The notes under the pieces were generated by a model that was given only the letters and a program-made list of their open reading frames with translations, searched no databases and was not told where the DNA came from. Both the position numbers and the translations under genes were made by a program. Source: Octopus bimaculoides (taxonomy: Eukaryota). Taken from it: 64,000 nucleotides of DNA. This document shows, piece by piece, positions 36,001 to 48,000 of the stretch (positions are counted from its first letter, which is position 1; each line of letters starts with the position of its first letter). The stretch is taken from the NCBI RefSeq assembly GCF_001194135.2, contig NC_069002.1, positions 14,931,398 to 14,995,397 of the forward strand. Direction: 5' to 3'.

Positions 36001-39000
36001 ATTATTCTGGTCAGTCATTCAATTTTGGAATTATCTCCCTTCCATATTCAGAGTTTGTTGCAGCTGCTACTAGGCATTTGTTTACCTTCCTTTAAAGAAA
36101 AGATAATCTTAGTAAACCAAGAATTTATATTTGGTATTTCGTATGCCTTCCTTCAAATTCATACCAGTGAGCATTCAGAATAGTTATATTCCTTTGTTCA
36201 TTTCGTTCAAGCTATGTTGGTTATTCTGGGCTATAAATATTCTTTGCTCTTTTCGTAAATATCTAAATTGTATATCTAGCTGAGGTCAAAATTTCTTACT
36301 GATGATTACAATTATGATGATGATGATGATGACGACAATGACAATTATGAATGAAAGCAGTGGAAGTTTGAAATGAATAAGTAATGATAACAGGAAGAAA
36401 ATATCCAAACATATTATAGAAAAGTCAAAGAAAAAGAATAAAATGAGCTGGGCCAATAGGGGGGCAACTAATAAGGGATAGCCAATAGGGAGAACCAATA
36501 GGGGTTAGCAAATAGGAAACAGTTGATTGGTGGCAAACAATAAGGGCTAATGAACAAAGAGCAGCCAATTGGGAGAAGACAATAGGGGGCAACCAATTGA
36601 GAGTAGCCAATAGGGAGCAGCCAACAAGGACAGCCTGTGGGGAGAAGCCACTAGGGATAGTGAGTAGGGGGCAACTGGTAGCAGGCAACCAATCAAAAGA
36701 ATCCTTCAGATTCAGGACTATTCTCAACAACCAATGCCAAGCTGTATTGCCATCCTGCAACAGATTTACTGGAAGGGTTTTGCTTTTCTATCAAAGTGGA
36801 TCTTGAAGAAGCTGATGAGGGGTTAACTAACCATGGATGAAAGCACCTGTTATTAGTTCTTTCAGCTTTATCCACTATGGAACCCAGCCCAAAAAAAAAA
36901 TAATAAAAAATTGCCTGTCCTCCTAAACCCCAAAAAGGTAGAAAGGCAATCCTTATGCTGGACTTGGTCAACAGTTGGGTCTGGAACTGCAGGAAACAAA
37001 AATCTATTTGATACAATTTTAGATTAATATAAAACTGAAAGCTTACCTCCAGCTCAGACTAAATTCATCAGGTCTCTTACCACGTTCAATAAGAACCTTG
37101 CCATTAGACATGACGAAATCATTGTTTTTGTTGCTATCAAAGGAACCACAAAGACCTAGAAAGACAGAAACAAGACATGACAAACAATATAAGGAAGACT
37201 AATCTTTTGTATGTTAAAAGACTCCCTCCATGTTTGTTAGGTCTATCTATTCTTATTTGAGTGTAATTAAAAATTGAATATACATCTTATGTTGTGATTG
37301 TGAAAATGCTTCCTGATCTATCATACATTTTGAACCTTGTATGTAATAATAACAATTTCTTAGTTCCATAGTTTGGTGAAGTGGCAGAAATAGTAAAGAA
37401 CCACTTTGCAGAATTTATTTACATTTATAATTAAACTTTGGGAGAGGCATTACGCTGGTAATAAACATACGCACTGGTTCAGTCCTTTATTAATTTATAA
37501 ACAGTATTTAGTTTTTTTTTTTTGTTAAATCATTTCATTGCACTCTTGTAATCTCTTCAGTAACTTGTCTCTCCACTTCCATTTATTTTGAATGTATCAA
37601 AGCTTAATTGTATTTCTTTCAACACACGTATCCACATCAAGAATCTTGCACACCGAATACACATACAAAATTTACATTTATGTTCTGATTAATATTTGTC
37701 TTTCATTTGTCAGGGCTTTGTAAAATGCCTATCAGTCAAGTTACATCTGTCATCCACCAAAATTACGGTAGTCCTCTTCTAATTGAACATAAAAACATAT
37801 TTCTATCTACCTTCAGTTTTCTTCATATCTGCAGGGGAAGGTTGGACCCAAATATTGATGAACTGTGATGTTCTTTTTCTACCTTTTGCCACAATGACAG
37901 AAGTACCAGTTGGTAAGATTATCTGAAAGTTAGAAAGGTTATTTCAGAATTCATTTGGTTTACATATGTCATGAAATTTTATCAAGAAATATGACAGCTT
38001 AAAACAAAACAGTGAAGTCTTATCCCTTCAAGCTGTAACAGTAACAAGAATATTCAACAAACTAAAAAAAGCTTCAATGTGATGCATCAATCTGCTAGAA
38101 ATAGCAGGAAAATTTCCCTGATATCGCACTTTTGTTATTTTACACAATCAGAACTAGACATTGTATGATGTAGCCTTAGATGCATAATACCTAAAATATT
38201 AAAACAAAGGAAACAAATGAAAAGATGGAACATTCTAGGCCTGAATGCTGGATCAGAACCAACTTAAGGCTGACCAATAATTTACAATACAATTCTATAT
38301 TTGCGAGAAGAGGAATTTATATTACATATACTGTTTATATTAGTCATATTGATGTCTTATCTTGATTGTTGATTTCACTAGGTTTCTGCTGTTGAATGCA
38401 ACGCAAGATACCTGATGAAGGCTGGAGCTTACAACAGCTAAAATGTAGTGTAAACGACAATCATGATGAGGACACCAGTCTAACTAATACAAGCAGTTTA
38501 CATAATATTCTACTATATTTATTCATTTATATTTATATAAGGGCATTACTACAGAATAATGCCACACACTAGACTTCCAAAATAAACACATCTTTACCGA
38601 ATGTGAAGAAAAGCAACTCTTAAAATAACCAACCTTTTTAAAAAATGAACTCAACTATATATCGAACGATTTCACGATTACTAGAATAATATCTAGCTTT
38701 CGATCATCAGTATGGGTTCCAGTTGATCCAATCAATGGAACAGCCTGCTCATGAAATTAACGTGCAAGTGGCTGGGCACTCCACAGACACGTGTACCCTT
38801 AAGATAGTTCTCGGGGATATTCAGCATGACACAGTGTGACAAAGCTGACCCTTTGAATTACAGGTACAACAGAAACAGGAAGTAAGAGTGAGAGAAAGTT
38901 GTGGTGAAAGAGTACAACAGGGTTCGCCACCATCCCCTGCTGGAGCATCGTGGAGCTTTAGGTGTTTTTGCTCAATAAACACTCACAACGCCCGGTCTGG

Positions 39001-42000
39001 GAATCGAAACAGCGATCATATGACCGCAAGTCTGCTGCCCTAACCACTGGGCCATTGCGCCTCCACGGGCTAAACAATGACCATAAAAGAAAAAGCAACA
39101 AACAAAAGCTAAGTGAATTATTTCAAAATAAACTTGTCACACTCACTTTGTATTTAAGGCCACCACGTAAACTCAGAATCTTTGTGTTTGGTGTAAGAAT
39201 TCCATTGACATAAAGCACTATTTTCAGTGGGCGTCGTTTCTTGGTCTTTCTGGCTCCACACTGATCTATCAAAATGACATCATCTCCTGAGCGAACAGCA
39301 ACGGCGCAGTTACAAGATGCATGTCCGTTACAATTGCGATAGAAAGCATGCACCTACGGAAATCAAAGTGTAATTAAATTAGAAGAAGCATAACAATGTC
39401 TACAGAAACATTTAATGATATAAAACAATTTGGCTTCTATTAACTCATTCAAAATCAACACACTGAGAAACTGCCTCTACTAAATAAGCTGAAATCTAAA
39501 TTCAAATCTTTGATTGAAATATTTTTACATGAAAGATAATACAAAATTTCAATGTGTATGAATTTATCTTTTATTTACCCTATCAACCCTAAATGTAGCA
39601 AAATGATTAGTGTCTGTACCAGGGTTCCACATCCAGGATTTGTACAAAAACATACACAGACATCTCAACCAAAATGTGATTAACTTGAAACTAATAAACA
39701 GAAAGGTAAAAATTAAGGACAATATCAAGAATTGTTGGTCTTTGAATCAATAACAGTATTGTATCAACATTACTGTCATGTGATTAAAGCAAGGCAAATT
39801 AAAGTTACCTTCTTGAGTCACCCCAACTCATAAGGGCTGATTTCACGGTTTCCATGGCATATAAATTCCTCGCCTAGATGGGACACTGGCCCATCAGAGG
39901 ATAATTCATTTTTGACAGCTGAGTGGACTGGAGCAATGTGAAATGAAGCGATTTGCTCAAGAATACAACACATCGCCCGGTTCAGGATTTGAAACCACAA
40001 TCTTACAATCACAAGTCCAACACCCTAACCACTAAGCCAGACACTTTCACACCATTAGGTGATTAAGGACCAGGGACCCTCATTTGAGGCTTATCATTAC
40101 CACTGTCTAATTGATATCTTTTATCTTGTCATTCTTTGGACTTGTTTAATGGAACCCTCATTGGTTTACATCAGATTGTTCTAAGGCTTCAAGAACCTCA
40201 TTGAGTGAAGCCCCCCCCCCCTTTTTTTTTAAGGGCTTTACGGATTAGTGTGAAAGAAGTGGGGAAACTAACCTCAGAAACAAGACCCAATCCTAATGTC
40301 TGCAGTAGACTGGGCTCCAGAAAAATTAACCCATTGGCCAGGTTAGGTGTGGAGTTAGACAACGTGGCAAATCACTTATTGATTTTAATTAGAGCAGACT
40401 TGGTGGGTAGAGAGTTGCAAACAGCAACAACAACAGAAGCCATTATACTGTACTGCTGCTACCACAACTGCTGCCACCACCACCACCACCACCGCTGCCA
40501 CTGCTGCTGCCACCAACCCCACTGCCATGACCACTTAAAGATTGAAGGCTTATATTTTGGTAATGTGTCCTCATATTTTATAGAGACTAGTGAAATGCTA
40601 AACAAGTAAAACTATGTTACTTACAGCGAATGGTAATGTTTGATGCTGATATAATACAAATTCACCCTCGAAAAAGCAATTGTAGAATCTGCAAATGACA
40701 AATATTTAAGAATTTGTTAAAGAAGAATTTCAAGGAATGCAAAAATAAGAATAAAAACCAAAGATAATCGAAGGATTATGAAATGAACTGGACAGTGTCC
40801 AAACATCACAACGTGAATGATGTACTTATGTGTTTGTGGAATATTGCTCAGTGGTTAAGCTTGCTTCCCAACTGTAGCCTTGGGTTCAGTGCCACTGCAT
40901 GGCACCTTGGGCATGCATTTTCTGTTATCGCCCTGGCCTCACCAAAGCGTTGTGTGTAGATTTGATAGACAGTTAACGGAAAGAAGTTCAAACTGTGTGT
41001 GTGTGTGTGTGTGCATGCATGTTTGTGCATGCATGTTTCTGTGTGTACATGCATGTGTTTGTGTGTGTGTGTGTTTGTACTTTTCCCTCACCTTGCTTGA
41101 CAACCAGTGCTGGTTTGTTTCTGTCCTCATGACCTAACAGTTCATCAAAAGAGACTGGTGAAATGAGCACCAGGCTTTAAAAAAATAATTAAGCATAGGG
41201 GTTCATATATTTGACTGAACCCTTTAATGTGGTGCTCTAGCATGACCACAGTCTCAGAAACTGAAACCAACAAGAGGAAAAGATAACTAAGAAAACAAAG
41301 AAGTTGAATGGAACAGCATAACATCTGCATCAGTTAATATGTTGCAGTAAAAAATGTACAGGTGCATCAGCATCATCACCATCATCATCATCCACTCAAA
41401 CCATGTGACTCCAAAATAAACATGGCTGTCTGCACCATATATTGTGTGTGTTTGTGTGTGTAAAAAGTAGATGAACATTAAAGAGGTGTGATACAAGGAC
41501 TTACCTTCCATCGTATGTTGTTATATGAGGATCATTGATTGATTTACAGACTGCCTTCTTGTTGCTGTCCACAACATCCACCTGTTTTCATTAGAGAGAG
41601 AGAATATAAACCGTGGGTGATAAGAGTGATAGGTTAACAAGTGTGTGTGTGTGTGTGTGTCTGGCTGAGAGAAAAGAGGGATAGAGACAGGCAGAGAGAA
41701 AGGAAGAGAAATACATTTAAATAAATAGAGAGAAGAGAGTGGAAGATATAGACAGACAGATAAATAAACAGTGAGAAGGAGCAGAGACAGACAGATGGAT
41801 AGATAGATAGATAGATAGATAGATTTCTTTTATTAGCCACACAGGGCTCAAGATAGATAGATAGATAGATAAGATAGATAGATAGATAGATTGATAGATA
41901 ATTAGATTGATAGATAAACAGACAGATAGATAGATAGATAGATAGATAGATAAATATACAGACAGATAAAAAAAATACATAGATAGACAGAAAGAGAGAA

Positions 42001-45000
42001 GGAGAAGGAGAACCAAATAACCATAATTAACATTACTGTCTAATTCAAGAGTTAGAATCTAACAGGTCTACAAGACAAATCTGTGAAACCTTTAGCATCA
42101 TTTCTTAAACCAGTAGGATATATATACTATACTGTATGTTTACTATACTGTATGTATACTATACTGCATTGCAGGATTGAGCAAAAGTTTTGTTGGAAGT
42201 AAGCCAGAATGAAAATGTCTTGTGGGCTGAAGTGAATAAAAAACATAATCAGGGTTACAGAAACAGCCTGCTTTTTTTATAAAATATTTTATTCTGTAAA
42301 CCCTCGTTTGTCATAATAAAAGAATTACTACACATTTAATGATATAAAAAGTGGTGCCATATATGAGACATCATGCCATGAAGAGTTTAAGTTTTTTTAA
42401 TTAGGCTGCATGGAGTCAGCTATGGTATCGAGATAAATACAAAGGCAGACATTTTACCTGCTTTTTTAAATGATGGCTCCAGGAGACAGTACCTGGTATA
42501 AGCTATGTGAAAAATTTACAGCCCTGTCCATGGTTATGAACCCAAAAAGTTTAACTCTTTCTGCTGTCGATTTCTTCAAATTAATTATAAGGTAACAAAA
42601 TTAATAATCAACTAACCTGGACTCGTCCAATTTTGGTTTTTATATCAAGCTCGCTGTTGCTAATTGAGATAGAAACCCAACGACTCTGCTGTTTGTCTCG
42701 TAATCCATCAATTGTTGCAATGACAGGAATTTGTAGAACTGATTTCCAGTTCTTGTTGGTGATTGCAAAGTTGCATTTATCTGAGGAGCTGTCTGCTTCC
42801 TGAGAAACATGCCAATGTTCCATGTAACCGAATACAAGTTGAGGGATTACCTCACCCTCACATTTAAAATCTTTTGGATGTTTTTCAAGTTTGGTGTATA
42901 CATAGAAATGGCAACTGCTGTTTGAGCACATTAACCGTGGTGGCAATCTTGATTTTACTTCTATATACCCTGCTTTCATACCTTCCACAACTTTTATCTT
43001 GCTTGAAAGAATCTGAAAAAGAAAGAATTAAAATATTTTTTACTTTGGCTGTTCCGTTGATCGGATCGACTGGAACCCTCGACGTCGTAAGCGATGGAGG
43101 GCCAACAACAATACAAGCTGCATCATGGATGCTGCTGTGCATATGTATCTATATAAGGAACAGTGATACTGAGGTACAAAACCTGTTATCTTCAAGTGAA
43201 ACAACCTATAGAACATATTGGCATCACTTACCTTAATCTCAGCCACGAGTGCAAGACTGTGACGTTTTGGTCCTTGGGAGTTTTCACAATTCGAACTGTA
43301 GCAAGCAGAAACTGCACAGGTGAGCTGAAGAAAAGGAAATTGCAGATTCCTTTGTTAACAAGATTGAATTCGTAAAGTGATTTGTGAAAAGAAACAGAGT
43401 AACCACCCCCAATTACTACTTTCCTCCCACTCAGTTGAGGGGGTTCTTTAACCTTGTGAAGTTTTATAGGGACCTCACAAGTACTAGTATCATGTAAAAA
43501 TAAATAAATAAATAAATGAAACAAAAAAAACAACAACAAAAAACAGAGAAAAATCATAGAGTACACTCTGTAAAGTGGATGGCATTAGGAAAGGTATTTA
43601 GCCAAATAAACCATCATCCCAAACTGGGATGCAGATGCAGGAGCAAGACATGGCTCTGCACTTTACTGGATCTTTTGGGACCATCCAGCTCATGCCTGTG
43701 TGGAGAGCAAATATAAAAGGATGATGATGATGATGATGATGAGGAGGAGGAGGATACTGCATACCTTCTGATAAAGCTTGGCCTATACTTTATAATTTAA
43801 AAAGCTGTAGATTGTATTGTTAAAGATCAAATTCACTCCAACTATGACCATCCTATTTACTCAGACTGCTATTATTTATATGTAGTGTTCCTCTCCATTC
43901 TTACCAGGGGTTGTCATATTCTTGCACAACAAATTCACACTGATTTTAATAATGCATTATCTCATTCATAGCTTTGAAATTTTGATGATGTAATTGTTGA
44001 TTTTTATAATGACATTGTTAAGTGGGCATGAGAGGCCAGTTTGGACATAAAACAGAATATTTTGGGCTGGATATAGCTGGATTAAATGCTCAAGAGTTAA
44101 AATCCCTTAATCCACTACAATATGTGCATCAGTGTCTTTACTAAACAGTTCAATTTTTTGTCGCACTCCAAGTTCTGAATAGAAATCCCTTAAGAGTTGA
44201 TATTTGTTTTTAAAGTTTTTGGTTGAGATAGAATAGGTACCAGTAATATAATGAGGTCATTGTGATAAACTACATCACATTCTTTGGTTGAAGTGGATGA
44301 ATCCCACCATAACTATTGCAATAACCATAATGACAACAACCACCCTGCGCCAGCAAAGGAGCCACTAATCTGGATGCTTGACCAGAATGAAACAGAGATA
44401 ACAGTGAAATCTCCCTACAATCAAACACTGCTGTCTTTAATTAAAGGAAGGACACATTGCAAGCTGGGGTCCTCGATGTATTATTTGTGGCATGTTCTCA
44501 GCTGTAATGTATCTGCTTAACCTTTTAAGCATTCAGATTAGTCTGTCAAATTTAATGCTTATTTATTCACATTGTTTTCTATCAATCCTGCAATGTATTG
44601 CCTTGTGGCTCTCAGATTTTGATGATTGACTGGGGCGCTGTGAGTGTTTATTGAGCAAAAACACCTAAAGCTCCACGAGGCTCCGGCAGGGGATGGTGGC
44701 AAACCCTGCTGTACTCTTTCACCACAACTTTCTCTCACTCTTACTTCCTGTTTCTGTTGTGCCTGTAATTCAAAGGGTCAACCTTGTCACACTGTGTCAC
44801 GCTGAATATCCCCGAGAACTACGTTAAGGGTACACGTGTCTGTGGAGTGCTCAGCCACATGCACGTTAATTTCATGAGCAGGCTGTTCTGTTGATCGGAT
44901 CAACTGGAACCCTCGATGTCGTAGGCGACCTGAGTGCCAACAACAACATAGACTGACATCATAGAGTAGGTGTAAGAGGTCAGATCCAGCCAGCTTAAAA

Positions 45001-48000
45001 GAGTTTTTGAGCTTGATATGGCTCGTTTGAATACTAAAGGGTTAAGCAGAGCTGATGTGGAGCTAAACAACAACACGAACAATGAAATGAAGAAGAAGAC
45101 ACATCATAAGATGTTGGTATGTTGTTATAAAAGCCAACTAAACTCACCCCATCTTTATACTTCATTCCTGTTAAGTCACTTTCATTGAGTGATGCTTGGT
45201 AGGAACCATTCTGCAGCATTGGAGCAACAGATGCAAGTTCTTTATCTTCCAGATACCAAAATACTAAATATTTCAGTTGTTTGTCATTTGGATGAGGTGG
45301 GAAAGAACACAAGAAATTGATCTCATCGGTTCCATTGTTTATCTGCCATTTTAGTTCAGGTGCATCTTTGAAAGTTGGATGTTCTGCAACAATGGAATAA
45401 AAGAAGAAAGAAATAAAATAAAGATTTGGATAAATTTTAGTTTATTGAAACAAATATAAATAATAGAGAATGACCAGGAAAATGTTTTAAAACAGTAAAA
45501 ATAATAACAAGAGAAAATATACATAGGCGCAGGAGTGGCTGTGTGGTAAGTAGCTTGCTTACCAACCACATGGTTCTGGGTTCAGTCCCACTGAGTGGCA
45601 CCTTGGGCAAATGTCTTCTACTATAGCCTCGGGCCGACCAAAGCCTTGTGAGTGGATTTAGCAGATGGAAACTGAAAGAAGCCTGTCGTATATATATGTA
45701 TGTTTGTGTATCTGTGTTTGTCCCCCCAACATCGCTTGACAACCGATGCTGGTGTGTTTACGTCCCCGTAACTTAGCGGTTCGGCAAAAAGAGACCGATA
45801 GAATAAGTACTAGGCTCACAAAGAATAAGTCCTGGGGTCGATTTGCTCGACTAAAGGCGGTGCCCCAGCATGGCCGTAGTCAAATGACTGAAACAAGTAA
45901 AAGAGAGTAAAAGAGAAATTGTGTATGGATTTTCAGCATTTATATATTTATCTACACAAACATACGCATGCACACACATTAAATTTCTAATCTATATTAT
46001 GTTGTTCATCAAATATTTATCATTTAATTAATAAAACTGCTAATGAATGTGATCATGTGACTGATCAGACAACCAGATGCTACACATCGTTGGTCACAAT
46101 GTACTTTGCATCATTATAGCCTTTGAAAGGCACCACCCCTGTGGGTAGGCAAGAAGGCCAACATTACCCATTGATTGAAAGGGGGACTGTAGCAATGTGA
46201 AACAAAGTGTTTTGCTCAAGAACAAAATGCACCACCTGGTCTGGGAATTGAACCCACATTAGAGTGATTGTGAGTACAACACTCGAACCACTAAGCCATG
46301 TGCCTTCATGTTAATGAATGAATGTTACGTAAATTAGACTGGCTGTCTCAGTTAAGTTCTGGTGTGTTTTTGATATAAATGGTGATAGCTATAAGTTCTC
46401 TTTGTGGACAGACAGCAAGGACTAATTGTCTTCTAATGAACATCTAACTAGTGATAATGAAGCATGCAAAGGGAATCTTCTAAATCTCAAAACTTTTTCC
46501 TGGGCAAAGAGAATAACAAGATGTATTTACATGTATTTCATAGTGAGGTTTTAAACTATGAAGAGGTTTAACTACATTGAATTTATCTTTGATATCTTTG
46601 CAATAAAGTAATATTCAGAGAGAGAGAGAGAGAAAGAGTAAAAGTATATACTAACCAGTCTTTATATTGGCTTCTTGAATAGTTTCAATTCTTGCATGTG
46701 TAATGGTCCAGCTACCAATGATAATGTGAGCAAAGAATTTCTTTTTAATGGATGTTCCTATAAGAAGATTTCCTCCTGGAGTACCTTTTACTTCACGCTT
46801 GATGAATATGGATTGCTTAGCAACAATCTTTTTATTGATCATCAATACCAAACCATTATGTTGGCTCCAACTGAAGGTTATTGTTATAAATACTCCAACA
46901 CGGAATTTGTTTGTCTTTACAACCCATTGTCTTTCTGCTGTGCTTACTGTGAGGAACAAGAATCCTTTCGACACCCACATTGCTGTTCCTGAAGTATTCA
47001 GTCCTCTACCGCCATTACTGAAAATTGTCATGTCCTCTTTCAAAGTGATTATCTTCATATTGAAGTTCACCGTAAATCCACCATTACACTCGTTTTCTTG
47101 GCCACGGAAGCATTTCAATGTTTTGCCCATATCAATGGACTGGTTAGTCCCACCGAGCAACAGAGCATCCCCACCAAAAGGACCTTGTACAATTTTGACG
47201 ATTCCAGTAAAAGTTAGGTTGTAAGTTGGTGTTACAATGATCATTTGGATTATTTTCAGGTAGGTGAGTCGAATAACTGTGATTTTATTAACTGTGAAGG
47301 AAAGAATTAGATAAGTAGTGTTTAATTTGTTTAAAAAAAAAAAAAGAAAAAATTAAACTGTTTCTTTAAATTTGCATATTAAAGATTAAAACAAATGTGT
47401 CTTTCTTTTTTGTCAGTTTTTCTTGCAAGAGAAAATATACAAGTTGTGTATGGATTTTCAGCATTTATATATTTATCTACACAAACACATGCACACACAT
47501 TAAATTTCTAATCTATATTATGTTGTTCATCAAATATTTATCATTTAATTAATAAAACTCCTAATGAATGTGATCATGTGACTGACCAGACAACCAGATG
47601 CTACACATCGTTGGTCACGATGTACTTTGCATCATTATAGCCTTTGAAAGGCACCACCCCTGTGGGTAGGCAAGAAGGCCAACATTACCCATTGATTGAA
47701 AGGGGGACTGTAGCAATGTGAAACAAAGTGTTTTGCTCAAGAACAAAATGCACCACCTGGTCTGGGAATTGAACCCACATTAGAGTGATCGTGAGTACAA
47801 CACTCGAACCACTAAGCCATTTGCCTTCATGTTAATGAATGAATGTTATGTAAATTAGACTGGCTGCCTCAGTTAAGTTCAGAGAAAATCTTACAACTTA
47901 GAAGATAACCTTTTAAACCCTAATATCTGGTGAAAATTAATGGAGGAAACTATTTCTCAGGGCTTGAATATATCAAGAATTAATTATATTGAGAATTGTC

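Noticed and set aside
36822-36880. CTGATGA...GAAA hammerhead-like string
   Set aside because: Stem I does not pair and stem II is not adjacent to GAAA
40205-40609. ORF with poly-His/Cys run
   Set aside because: Derived from (CCA)/(CTG) low-complexity sequence, antisense within an intron, with no splice or homology support
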